64,000 bases of DNA, from NCBI RefSeq assembly GCF_044324875.1, contig NZ_CP172185.1, one strand, 5' to 3'. Source of the stretch: Escherichia coli. Its GTDB lineage: Bacteria > Pseudomonadota > Gammaproteobacteria > Enterobacterales > Enterobacteriaceae. Numbering within the stretch: the first letter of the stretch is position 1; the number at the start of each line of letters is the position of its first letter. A program made the translations under genes and the position numbers. Below, one piece after another: positions 51,117 to 60,638 of this stretch. The notes beneath the pieces were generated by a model, which saw only the letters and a list, made by a program, of their open reading frames with translations, made no database searches and was not told the DNA's origin.

Positions 51117-52682
51117 TCAGTGGTAGTAGCCCGGACCACGCAGGTTTTCATGCTCTGAAGCATATGCCGGATGTTGTTCGCCCTGGCGGGATAATGGAAG
51201 CTCCAGGTTCTCCCGATGGTGACGCAGCAGATTGTCGATAAAGCGTCTGTCAGGGGCGTTATAGTGCAGGGCAACGTAACAGGCCTTTTCCAGCCGTTCC
51301 GGGCCGTATTTTTTCTGAAGTGCCAGCAGCCCCAGAACTGCACGATAAGCCAGTTCCGGATGGGGTTTTGCCTTCAGCATGGATTCAACCACCCGGCCTG
51401 TGGACGGGCCCGTACGTTTTCCCTGCTCGATCAGGCGTTCCGGTGTCCATGTCCCGTGCTGCCGGTGGCGCTCTGGCATGTGAAGCGGATTGGTTGTGTG
51501 TTTATATTCATGTGTGCTGCGCGGATGTTGCGCCACACACTGCCCCTTGTGCCAGAGCTGTACCACCGACTGCCCCGCCTTCAGTGACAGACGCTGACCG
51601 ACCAGTTCGTGTGGAACGGAGTACCAGTGACGGGCATATTCAACGTGGTAGTCAGGGCCAACCTTCACAGCTTTGTATTCCGTGTATTCATAAGGTGCCA
51701 GAGGCAGCGGAGAGAGTGCTGGCGCATCCAGTATGCGGAAGCGTTCTGCACGGGTTTGATTGCCGTACCCCTTCATTGGCCGGTTATTCATGTCTGTCAG
51801 TAACTCCCTAAGGCGCGCATTCAGCGCCCTGAGCGTGTGGAAGGTTTCATTACGGATGCGGGCAAGAAGCCATCGTTCAACGATGAGGACGCCGTTTTCT
51901 GCTTTTGGTTTATCTTTAGGTTTGCGTGGTCGGGCCGGGATGATAACCGTGCCATAGTGCTCAGCCAGTGCCTGATAACTGTCGTTGATGACAGGCTCAT
52001 ATCGATCGGCCTTTTTCACTGCGCTTCTGAGGTTATCGGGGATGAGCAGCTTCGGTACGCCGCCCAGGAAGGTCAGGCAACGGCTGTGGGCATTTAACCA
52101 TGACATCATGTCCTGACCTTCGCACGCTTCAACGTAGGTATAGTTGGACGCCCCCATTACGGCCACGAAGATTGCCACGCGGCGTATCTCACCGGTGTCC
52201 GGATTAATAACAGGAACCGTAGGACCACAGAAGTCGATAAAAAGCTTTTCGCCGGCACGATGCTCCTGGCGCATGGAGAGACGTCGCGTTTTTTTCCACT
52301 CCCGGTAGCAACGGCAGAAGTGCGAGTATCCCATCGCTTTGTTACCCGCCTGTGCCTTGTATTCCATCCACAACAGTTGCCGCGTCACACCTGGTTTTCT
52401 CATTTCCGTATCGAAGTACAACATGTCAGGCATTACAAGCTCTGATGCAAAGGTGTCTTTGGGCGGAAAAATGAGTTTCTCCAGCGTGTCATGGGATATA
52501 TCAGCAGGTAATGGCCATGACAGAGAAGAGGCTTTGAAGCGGGCAAGAACCTCAAAAACGGTTGAGGCGCTGATGTGTAACGTCAGTCCGATACAACGGT
52601 TAGTCAGCTTCTTGTCGAACTTGAGCTGAAGGATCTTAAAACAGGTTTCCATAGTGCTCCTGGATTTTCTCTTTCTGGACAT
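51117..52682 (-). CDS. istA: IS21-family transposase IstA
   Basis: N-terminal HTH then DDE integrase core; likely ATG start at about 52682 (MSRKRK..., with GGAGA RBS) or 52652 (METCFK...); the track start at 52763 is a TTG. Confidence 0.8.
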   Translation of the reverse strand: MSRKRKSRSTMETCFKILQLKFDKKLTNRCIGLTLHISASTVFEVLARFKASSLSWPLPADISHDTLEKLIFPPKDTFASELVMPDMLYFDTEMRKPGVTRQLLWMEYKAQAGNKAMGYSHFCRCYREWKKTRRLSMRQEHRAGEKLFIDFCGPTVPVINPDTGEIRRVAIFVAVMGASNYTYVEACEGQDMMSWLNAHSRCLTFLGGVPKLLIPDNLRSAVKKADRYEPVINDSYQALAEHYGTVIIPARPRKPKDKPKAENGVLIVERWLLARIRNETFHTLRALNARLRELLTDMNNRPMKGYGNQTRAERFRILDAPALSPLPLAPYEYTEYKAVKVGPDYHVEYARHWYSVPHELVGQRLSLKAGQSVVQLWHKGQCVAQHPRSTHEYKHTTNPLHMPERHRQHGTWTPERLIEQGKRTGPSTGRVVESMLKAKPHPELAYRAVLGLLALQKKYGPERLEKACYVALHYNAPDRRFIDNLLRHHRENLELPLSRQGEQHPAYASEHENLRGPGYYH

Positions 52683-53233
52683 TGACGTCTCCACTGGTTT
52701 AAACACGGCAATGGAGACTGTGGTGAAAAGAGTTAATTCCCGGAGTGACTGGCAGGATGCCAATCAATGATCGGAAGCATGCCAAATCGTGATCGATTGT
52801 GATGCCAAACTGTGATCGGAGATGGATGCCAAATCATGATCGATTCGAATGCCAAACTGCGATCGATTCAGATGCCATTTTGCATCTTACTGGTGTGAAA
52901 TTTGACCTATTATATCTTCTGCCGCCCCCTCTGGCTGTATCAAATAAACCCGCAGCAGTCGCCGCGTATTACGGACGGACGCACCGTTCCCATGCTCACT
53001 CGTCACATTCCCCGTATCAGTTTCTCTTACCGTAAGAACGGCTCTGGCTGGCGATAAAACTAACCCGGTCGGGCATTCCCACAGTCTTTAGAGAAAATGT
53101 AATTTACCCCCTGAAACGCGGGCTGTTCCCCCGTCACCTGCGCGCGAAAAACTCACCGTTTTTTGTGCACGCACGAAATCGCCCTCCGGGCGCGCCAGTA
53201 CTGGGCCGGATGGGCAAAAAGTTACTCTAAAAA

Positions 53234-53263
53234 ATTGTGCAAATTTGTGCACTTTTGTGCAGA
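53234..53263. repeat. Three tandem 10-bp repeats with TTGTGCA core
   Basis: attgtgcaaa-tttgtgcact-tttgtgcaga, exact 10-bp periodicity; a fourth TTGTGCAC lies about 70 bp upstream. Confidence 0.5.
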
Positions 53264-53487
53264 TGGACAATAGCGTCAAAAAGAGTGCTTTTGAGAGATT
53301 TTTTATGGCAACTGCGCCGCGTGTATTACGTTTTTTACCATCCCCGCCGCGCATGTACATACTTCATTTTTCTGCCAGACAACAGGGCAACTCCCCGTGA
53401 CTGACAGCCCCAAAAAATCAATGATTGATGTTGCATTTTTGTTAAAGGTTAGACCAGTTGTTTTGGGGCTCTGCCTCATAATCCGGT

Positions 53488-53804
53488 GGGGGGTGCGCAA
53501 ACCGGTTACAACGGTTACAACACTCAAAAACACCACTTAACAGCATGATTTTAATGGATATTGTTTGTAACCGCTTTGCGGTTACACTGCGGTTACAACG
53601 GTTACAGGTTTCAAAAAGTACTTTATTATCAATCAATTAAAAACTTAACCTGTAACCGCCTGTAACCTAACAAAACGGTTACATGTAACCGCGTTGTAAC
53701 CGCTTTTGTAACTCATCGGACCAGTTATAATATATTGATATATAATACAAAAATAAGTAATTTTAAATTTGTAACCGTTGTAACCGCTTTGCGCACCCCC
53801 CCCC
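53488..53804. repeat. Iteron cluster (about 12 GGTTACA/TGTAACC heptamers) bounded by about 33-bp inverted repeats, with AT-rich core; candidate replication origin (ori/crr-like)
   Basis: Left arm ggggggtgcgcaaaccggttacaacggttacaac and right arm gttgtaaccgttgtaaccgctttgcgcaccccccccc are reverse complements; AT-rich segment about 53726-53770; G6 and C9 homopolymer tracts at the ends. Confidence 0.6.
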
Positions 53805-54052
53805 AAACTTTAGCGCGACCCTTTAAAATGTTAATTAAACTCACTTACTCTGTATCTCTCTAGTTAACTCTCTGTTATTGAAATGTATCTCTCCACTGTT
53901 TCACTCTTTCTGATAATCAGGGGAAGCAAAAAATTGATGGCGGCACTACTGCAATATGGCCACCATTGCATTGCTGTTACCGTTGGTTCTGGCCAACAAA
54001 AAAGGTCAGCGGGAAACTGACCTCTTTTGCTGTGAATGCGGCGTTCTGCGGG

Positions 54053-55057
54053 TTACTCTGCTGGCTCTTTTTCTTCGGTGATCACTATGTTGGCTACCGG
54101 GTTAAATCTCATGGCATCTGCCAGATAATCCGGTGCAAAATGTGCGTATGCCATAGTCTGCTGAATTGTCGCATGCCCAAGGATTTTTTGTAGCGCAAGA
54201 ATGTTGCCACCGTTCATCACAAAGTGACTGGCGAATGTATGCCGCAATACATGCGCAGCCTGCCCCCTCGGTAAATCGGGTTTTATTTTTTTTAATGCCC
54301 GGCAAAACTCTCTGTACTTCACATCAAACAGTCGCCCGGTTTCTTTTGTTTTTACGGCATCGCATATTTCCTGCGACACAGGCACCGTTCTTTTTCTACC
54401 GTTTTTGGTTTCCAGAAACGTTATTCTGTTATGAACTATTTGCTCTCCATGCAATCTGCTGGCCTCACTCCAGCGGGCTCCGGTACAAAGACACAAGAGC
54501 GCAACCCTTCGTTGATCTCCATTCAGCCCGTCAAGCAACAATGTGACCTCGTTTTTTGATAAAAAGGCCATTTCCCGCTGCTTTACATAAAGAACAGGAA
54601 TACCACGAACCGGATGCTCTGCATCCCACAAACCGATCTTTTTCAGGGCTGTAAACATCCCCGATAATCTGTTCATGTATCTGTTTGCTGAGGACGGCTT
54701 TAATCCTTCCGCAATTTTCTGCGATCGCCATGCAATGATTTTTAATTTGTTGAGTTCTGCCGCAAACATGTCAGCTCCAAGCTCATTAATAATTTTGCCA
54801 AGTTGCTGTTTATCCGTGTTTGCCTTTCGCCTGTGCTGACCGTGATAGACCCACCACAATTCCAGTAAATCGCTAAGCGTTCTCCGGTCGCGATAGCCCT
54901 GTATAAACTCGCGCTTTTCGGCGTTCGCTATGATGTACCGTTCAGTTGCTGTAGCTATCGATTTTTTGTCAAATATTCTTCTGATGCGCTTCCCTTTACG
55001 TCCGCATGGCCTGATATCGAGCAGCCACCGCCCATCATGCATCTTTCTGATCGGCAT
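54053..55057 (-). CDS. Tyrosine recombinase, P2/186-type integrase family
   Basis: From MPIRKMHDGRWLLDIRPCGRKGKRIRR; C-terminus GQAAHVLRHTFASHFVMNGGNILALQKILGHATIQQTMAYAHFAPDYLADAMRFNP closely resembles the recalled phage 186 integrase; start lies 2-3 nt after the primase stop. Confidence 0.8.
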   Translation of the reverse strand: MPIRKMHDGRWLLDIRPCGRKGKRIRRIFDKKSIATATERYIIANAEKREFIQGYRDRRTLSDLLELWWVYHGQHRRKANTDKQQLGKIINELGADMFAAELNKLKIIAWRSQKIAEGLKPSSANRYMNRLSGMFTALKKIGLWDAEHPVRGIPVLYVKQREMAFLSKNEVTLLLDGLNGDQRRVALLCLCTGARWSEASRLHGEQIVHNRITFLETKNGRKRTVPVSQEICDAVKTKETGRLFDVKYREFCRALKKIKPDLPRGQAAHVLRHTFASHFVMNGGNILALQKILGHATIQQTMAYAHFAPDYLADAMRFNPVANIVITEEKEPAE

Positions 55058-55059
55058 GT

Positions 55060-57753
55060 TTAACTCCCCTCCTTGTAACTGAATATCCGGCATTTCAGTA
55101 CTTCCGGCTCTCTGGCCTCGGCGACCCCTCTTCCGGCGTTTGCCTGTCTGGAGACCTCACTACGAATGGTTTTGCGGCCTGTCAAAGGTCGGGAACGTCC
55201 GGCTGCGAGCAACTCAATCATTTCGCGGTCAGTTCGGATCTCCACGCGGTGAATAGCGGCAGCCTGTGCCAGTTGCGGAATACTGATAGCAATCCCCTCG
55301 CGGCATCCCTTGCCGTAGTGGTTTACACCGTATTTTGTTATGCCGTCCAGATAGTCGAACGCCTCCCAGAACGCTATTACTTCCGGCAAGTCATCCGTTA
55401 CCGCTTTAACTTGTTCCGCTGCCATTCGTTCCAGTTCCTGGCATGTGGCATTAAGCCATTCATCCGGGATATCAATAACGCATTTCAGCGCCCTGACCAG
55501 CGCAATAAGTTGCGCGTGATTTTTGGCAATACGGGGATGGAGAATATTTTCGCAACCGCAAAGGCGGGTCGTTTCAGGCTCTGAGAGCGCCAGAAACATT
55601 TCCATAATTGCCCGTTCACGGCTGACTGCCCGATGAATAAACCCTGACACCTTCTCAACGGGGTAGAGTTCCAGTCGTCTCGCCGCCAGGCGGGTATCAG
55701 GTGAATGGCGTTTTTTATCGGTGTATATGCGTATCAGGCGCTCAATAATTGCAAGTGAGGCGTTTACCCTCGCATTCTGTGCAATCACGATAGCGCCCTT
55801 AAAATCCGGGTCATAGGTGTTGTTATTGTTGGTCTTAACGCCACGAACGCCGATACCGCCGCCGTTATAGAGGCTTTTCAGGTTATCGAAGTCAAACGCA
55901 CCTCTTTTTTGCGCATTGCCTCCCCGGTCTGCTTCAATCAGAACAACAGGTAATCCGGCGACCTGTCCAAAGGTGCGCTTCCAGCCCGCCTCTGATCCTT
56001 TGGTTGGATCAACGCCTTCATAGTTGTCACGACCGCACAACCGCCAGCAAAAATCAATCAATGTTGATTTACCCGTTCCGGGCTCCCCGGTGACTTCAAG
56101 GAAGGGGAAGGATTCTTCTTTATCCCGGATTTGTTCGCTGAACAGGGAGCCCAACCAGAAAGCCAGGGTAATAATTCCTTTTTCACCAAAAGCCAGCCAG
56201 AGATCTTCCACCCAGGACTCTGTAAACTCATCCGGTTTTTTGTAGTTAATCTGTAATGTGGGTTTTTCGCTTAATGGTTTTGCGTTTATGCCATCAATTT
56301 CAAAATAATCTTCGTCATTGATTTCATAAGTTTTTCCCTTGTAAACAGCAATATCATTAAACAGCCATGCCCCAATCGCCTTGTTGTATCCGATAAAATC
56401 CTGACCAATAACCTCTTTTATTGCGGGAAGGTCATTTTTTATTAATGCGTCAAGCTGCGTAGTCGTTCCGGTATAAATACCGCCTTTTGCCACATGCAAC
56501 AGGCGTTTTTTAAATTCAGATGCGGATGTCAATTGTCCTGATGTAAAGGTGTTTTTCACCGTAGCACCATCCGGGAACGTAACACGGAAGTAATACCATG
56601 CTTCATCCGTGTCATTATTTCGAATGTAATAAAGCGACGCTGGGTTACAGTTTGCGATTTCTTTTACTGCGCCAGATTCCTTAAGTGCAATTTTGCGCGC
56701 TTCATCCTCATCAACACTTCTCTCATTCTTGGCACGCTCTACAGCTTTCATATAGCGCTCAATGTCCAGTTTGAACCAGAAAACACGGTTATCAAAAGTA
56801 AAATGAAATTCCTTCCGCTCACGAAAGGAAAATATTATTAGCGCCTTATCTCTCGGAGATTTCGCCAGCAATAAATCACCGTAATGACGGTATCTTTTCA
56901 CATCATGGCCACGCAGCTTTCCGGCGATGTGTAAATCATTCCAGTCGCGTTTATTGTTGTTTTTACCTGGCAACGCCGCTGCCGTTCTCCAGCCGTCTTC
57001 GGCGCTGCGTTCTGCATGTTTTTTCGCGTAACGCTCACCCGCACGCCCGTTATCCAGCGCCCACACAATAACCGGACGGGGATTATCCCCGCACAGCTTC
57101 GCCAGCTCTTCCAGCGCCTTATCAGGGTAGTTCACGGCAGACATGACAGAAACGGCCGCAATGCCATTCTGGTTAAGGCTGATGGCATCAAAGATGCCCT
57201 CACAAATCCAGATTTCTTTGGCCTTGCTTAAATCTGCTCCCGGATAAGCCCACCACAACCCCTTGTAGCTGCCGGAAAAATTCGCCTTGCGCGCGAAGCG
57301 TCCCGGTCGGTCTATGATGCGCTCCCACCACACGCCGTCAGCCAGCGTAAAACGCACAGTAGCGGCCTGTTCGCCGTTTTCCTTGTCCTGGTATCGCTCC
57401 TGAGTAAATGCGCCCTTCAGTGGCCCCACAGCAATATTGCGCGCCTCCTGAAGATAAGCTGCCACCGCTGCATATGGCTCGTCTTTCGTGCTGATATAAC
57501 GATCTGACCATGATGAAAACACATCCGGGTAAAGTTCTTTGGTCAGCAGGTCTGTACCGCATTTATTTTCGCGCCCACAGTGTACGATGTACGGCCTTTC
57601 AAGGCTGGTAAACAACTCTTTCTTTCCACATTGCGGACAAACACCATACCGGAGGTAGTTATTTTCTTCTTTGAAGTTGTAATCACGGATAAGACGGTTA
57701 ATAATCTCTTTTCTGATGTCAGATTTCATATATAAAACTCCACCCCACTGCAC
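55060..57753 (-). CDS. Primase-helicase (P4 alpha-like replication protein)
   Basis: 897-aa ORF with N-terminal zinc finger (CPQCGKK...HCGRENKCG), TOPRIM-like WICEGIFDAISL and P-loop VTGEPGTGKST. Confidence 0.75.
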   Translation of the reverse strand: MQWGGVLYMKSDIRKEIINRLIRDYNFKEENNYLRYGVCPQCGKKELFTSLERPYIVHCGRENKCGTDLLTKELYPDVFSSWSDRYISTKDEPYAAVAAYLQEARNIAVGPLKGAFTQERYQDKENGEQAATVRFTLADGVWWERIIDRPGRFARKANFSGSYKGLWWAYPGADLSKAKEIWICEGIFDAISLNQNGIAAVSVMSAVNYPDKALEELAKLCGDNPRPVIVWALDNGRAGERYAKKHAERSAEDGWRTAAALPGKNNNKRDWNDLHIAGKLRGHDVKRYRHYGDLLLAKSPRDKALIIFSFRERKEFHFTFDNRVFWFKLDIERYMKAVERAKNERSVDEDEARKIALKESGAVKEIANCNPASLYYIRNNDTDEAWYYFRVTFPDGATVKNTFTSGQLTSASEFKKRLLHVAKGGIYTGTTTQLDALIKNDLPAIKEVIGQDFIGYNKAIGAWLFNDIAVYKGKTYEINDEDYFEIDGINAKPLSEKPTLQINYKKPDEFTESWVEDLWLAFGEKGIITLAFWLGSLFSEQIRDKEESFPFLEVTGEPGTGKSTLIDFCWRLCGRDNYEGVDPTKGSEAGWKRTFGQVAGLPVVLIEADRGGNAQKRGAFDFDNLKSLYNGGGIGVRGVKTNNNNTYDPDFKGAIVIAQNARVNASLAIIERLIRIYTDKKRHSPDTRLAARRLELYPVEKVSGFIHRAVSRERAIMEMFLALSEPETTRLCGCENILHPRIAKNHAQLIALVRALKCVIDIPDEWLNATCQELERMAAEQVKAVTDDLPEVIAFWEAFDYLDGITKYGVNHYGKGCREGIAISIPQLAQAAAIHRVEIRTDREMIELLAAGRSRPLTGRKTIRSEVSRQANAGRGVAEAREPEVLKCRIFSYKEGS

Positions 57754-57777
57754 CTTTTGCCGTGGGGTTTTTATTAA

Positions 57778-58077
57778 TTACTCGTTACTTATTGCTTTGG
57801 CAATCCCGGCGGTTTCAGCACTATGCCATGAAAAAATTCCGCCAGAAGTATGCATTCCTGACTTAATCACTCGTAATTCCCGATAAAGAATGTTAGTTAA
57901 TGATTCCATTTCATTAATTTGCACTGGCATTCTCTCACTGGTATTAATTTCACCTGTCAATGCTGAAAGGAGCGCAATAACATTTATTACATCTTCAAGA
58001 TTCTGAATGGAATCTTCCGTGAAAAAACCAGCGTATTCTTTTTTGTATATATTGCGGATATTCTGATTTTCAGACAT
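57778..58077 (-). CDS. Hypothetical protein (99 aa), satellite small-ORF operon
   Basis: ORF co-directional and closely spaced with the primase; no recognisable domain. Confidence 0.4.
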   Translation of the reverse strand: MSENQNIRNIYKKEYAGFFTEDSIQNLEDVINVIALLSALTGEINTSERMPVQINEMESLTNILYRELRVIKSGMHTSGGIFSWHSAETAGIAKAISNE

Positions 58078-58144
58078 AAAAACTCCCCGACCCGTTAAGA
58101 TCGAAATATAAATTTAATTCAGTTATCAGTTGGTAATTCGGTAA

Positions 58145-58363
58145 TCAGTCGGAAAGCTGCGTCACCTTCAACGCTTTGAAATGTGTCATTCCCAGCTCTT
58201 CCAGCCCTTCGGCTGCGCGGCGTATGGCTTCGCCCGGTCCCGTTCCGTATACCGTTGCATGTGCATGTTTGGTTAACCCACGTTTATTAACGGCATAACC
58301 CAACACAAAGAAACGTTTTTCACCACTGCCATTATTTTTACGGGATATTGAACGGCTTTTCAT
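58145..58363 (-). CDS. Hypothetical protein (72 aa)
   Basis: Start overlaps the stop of the upstream ORF (ATGA); operon context. Confidence 0.4.
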   Translation of the reverse strand: MKSRSISRKNNGSGEKRFFVLGYAVNKRGLTKHAHATVYGTGPGEAIRRAAEGLEELGMTHFKALKVTQLSD

Positions 58364-58548
58364 TTCTTCACCTTTACCACTGATGCTGTGAGTTCTTCTT
58401 CTGGCAATTGATATTTCGGCGCAATTTCTTCCGTATACCTGATAGCGTCCCTTGCCGCTTTTCCTTTTGATTTATATTTACGTATCGTGTGGAAGTTTTC
58501 TTCCTCTCCTGTTACCACATTACGCAATTTAATATGAATCTCGTACAT
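58360..58548 (-). CDS. Hypothetical protein (~62 aa)
   Basis: Likely start MYEIHIKLRNVV; track ORF 58360..58578 extended; operon context. Confidence 0.4.
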   Translation of the reverse strand: MYEIHIKLRNVVTGEEENFHTIRKYKSKGKAARDAIRYTEEIAPKYQLPEEELTASVVKVKK

Positions 58549-58550
58549 CG

Positions 58551-58811
58551 TTACCCCTCCATGATTTTTACTGCGCATTTGTGGGTTAATCGCCCCTGTT
58601 TGTCATTGCGGGAATATGCCATACGACAGGCATCACGCCATACATCGTCATAAGTCGGATATTCCCGGGAATGAATCATCTGGCGAACGTCGCCGTTCTG
58701 GTAGTTAATCAGGGTGATAAGGAGCTTAAACATGGCACGCCTCCCGGACACGGATACGGGCAACAAAGACCAGACGAGATGCCGGAAGCAGGGCGCGCGC
58801 TTCGCGCTCAC
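58551..58811 (-). CDS. Hypothetical protein (60-86 aa)
   Basis: ORF in the operon between alpA and the primase; overlaps the next ORF, exact start unclear. Confidence 0.3.
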   Translation of the reverse strand: MSAKRAPCFRHLVWSLLPVSVSGRRAMFKLLITLINYQNGDVRQMIHSREYPTYDDVWRDACRMAYSRNDKQGRLTHKCAVKIMEG

Positions 58812-59253
58812 TGGCAGCGGTAACGGTATGAAGGCGGATATTTTTACCGTGGCACTGCATAAAGCGCCAGATAAAATCAGGGCGTGTTGATATAGCCATT
58901 TTGGCGGCTCCTTCTACTGATTTACGGAGTCTCGCCAGCACGCTGCTAAACATGGTGGCGGGACGTAACAGGGTTAGCAGACTGGCGTAGAAGAAACCAG
59001 CGAGCGCAAAGGCTCCCCCATTACGCCCCGCCATAATACGGGGTAGGGTGGAATTACGGGCACAAAAAAACCGCATTACGGAAATATAGCGGCTACCCGC
59101 TTCTACTATCAGGCTGCTAAACCCGGCACCCGCTTTATGAGGTGCGGGCAAACGATACGCCATGACAAAAAAGCGAGTCAAGCAATATTGCAAATTATTT
59201 TTGCGCGATTGCGCTGAGTGATTGATTTTTAAGAGTAAAAAAGTCATAATCAT
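58726..59253 (-). CDS. Hypothetical protein (up to 175 aa)
   Basis: Longest ORF in the alpA-proximal part of the operon; start uncertain; overlaps 58551..58811 in another frame (possible frameshift or overlapping genes). Confidence 0.3.
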   Translation of the reverse strand: MIMTFLLLKINHSAQSRKNNLQYCLTRFFVMAYRLPAPHKAGAGFSSLIVEAGSRYISVMRFFCARNSTLPRIMAGRNGGAFALAGFFYASLLTLLRPATMFSSVLARLRKSVEGAAKMAISTRPDFIWRFMQCHGKNIRLHTVTAASEREARALLPASRLVFVARIRVREACHV

Positions 59254-59806
59254 TTCTGGCTATTGTTTCTTATTGTTGGTTTCAGGTGCACTAAATGCAC
59301 ATCCTTGACTGGTTGGCTCGCTGGCTTTAGCGAGCTTCTTTTTTGCTCTGCTGTCAGTGATCGGCCTCCTTCCCTCACATGTAGTCATGTGCTCATTCCA
59401 GTCAGGTGGATAATGCTGTATTACCGGACATCCGGTTATGATGTTTAAAGCGTTTGTTTGTTTATGCCACGTGGAGAATATACCCCCACCGCCATTACTT
59501 GTATTTATCATAACAGTTCACCCAATTCGGTTAATGTAACCGGAATAACTCAATTTCATACACTGTAAATAAATGCTGATTTTAAACTTAGCTCCTTGGA
59601 ATATATTTCTTACGTGTGACGCACAGGTGAAAATATCCCTCTGATAGTCCATTTTCTTTTATTTTGTCACATCTGTTTACTCCGGTTCCCTTAACAAGGG
59701 TAGAGCATCTTTTAAACCATGAATGCATCTTCGGTTAAGTGATGTTTCTTATTGTATGAAATATTTAGGCGCATATCGCGCCATGCTGACTATAAAATGA
59801 AAATAA

Positions 59807-60028
59807 TTAAGCCTGAAAACGTTGTTGTTTTCTTTCTTCTATCCAGTCGATAATTTCCTCTTCAACCCATGCAACCGCACGAGGGCCTATTTTTATTGGT
59901 TTGGGGAATATATCAGATTTTATATCTTCGTAAATTCGAGCTCTTGATCTCCCTGTGATTTCAATGACTCTGGGGAGTCTTATTAATTTTTGAATCCGCC
60001 TTTCGCTGGTCTGTGAGTATGCTGACAT
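59807..60028 (-). CDS. alpA: AlpA-family transcriptional regulator / excisionase
   Basis: 73-aa ORF; LIRLPRVIEITGRSRARIYEDIKSDIFPKPIKIGPRAVAWVEEEIIDWI matches the AlpA HTH consensus. Confidence 0.8.
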   Translation of the reverse strand: MSAYSQTSERRIQKLIRLPRVIEITGRSRARIYEDIKSDIFPKPIKIGPRAVAWVEEEIIDWIEERKQQRFQA

Positions 60029-60638
60029 ATTGGCCTCCTGTATATGCTGACATTTTACGTTAGCTCACAGCGGGAGCATGTAAGATCTCGCGGTCGTCTG
60101 CGGGACGAGAAAAATCATAAACAACGAAAAGCGGATTTGTAAATCAGGTCGATTTTCAGGCGGGGTTGACATGGACAGTGAGATTTGTTCCATGTGTGCA
60201 ATATACATTTTAGGACCACTTTAAGCCACTTTAAACCGCCAGAAAGCGACAAAGAATAACAAGTTAGTGCCAGAAAGGTTTGCTGACTTACCCTTTTAGG
60301 TACCAGAAAAAGCCCTTTCAGGTCGGTGTAATGCTTGTGAACGCTGAAATAGTGGTTTCTGAAAACAAAAAAAGAATTGAAAATGTGATACATATCACAA
60401 AATAATATCGATAAAATAGTTTGATTTTTTTGTTTTTATTAAAAGCACTGGTTAATTGTAAAAAATTAATTATAAATCAAATGGATATATCTGTTTTTTT
60501 AGGGTAAAAATCACTAGGTGCTTTTAGCAGTATCTTATTCTATTGATTTTAAAAGATAAAAAAATCGGCGTGTCCACATATTGTCCACGCCTTGAGTTTA
60601 ATTCAGCCGCTTGGGATAGTTTAGTTTGTTGAGTTGAT

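Larger units (their letters stand above)
50246..52884 (-). mobile_element. IS21-family insertion sequence (istA-istB)
   Basis: IstA and IstB genes flanked by multiple terminal repeats of gatgccaaa-cgtgatcg type (about 6 copies at 52757-52890, 2-3 at 50265-50310); candidate 5-bp target-site duplication tctta at about 50241-50245 and 52885-52889. Confidence 0.75.

Noticed and set aside
53088-53636. Minus-strand ORFs 53088..53360, 53303..53536 and 53442..53636
   Set aside because: They overlap the repeat and iteron region and one another, show no family resemblance, and are more likely non-coding regulatory or origin DNA.
53440-53810. GGTTACA repeat cluster considered as a possible CRISPR array
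   Set aside because: Repeat units are only about 7-9 bp, occur in both orientations with irregular spacing, and there are no spacer-sized unique segments or cas genes; better explained as iterons or an origin.
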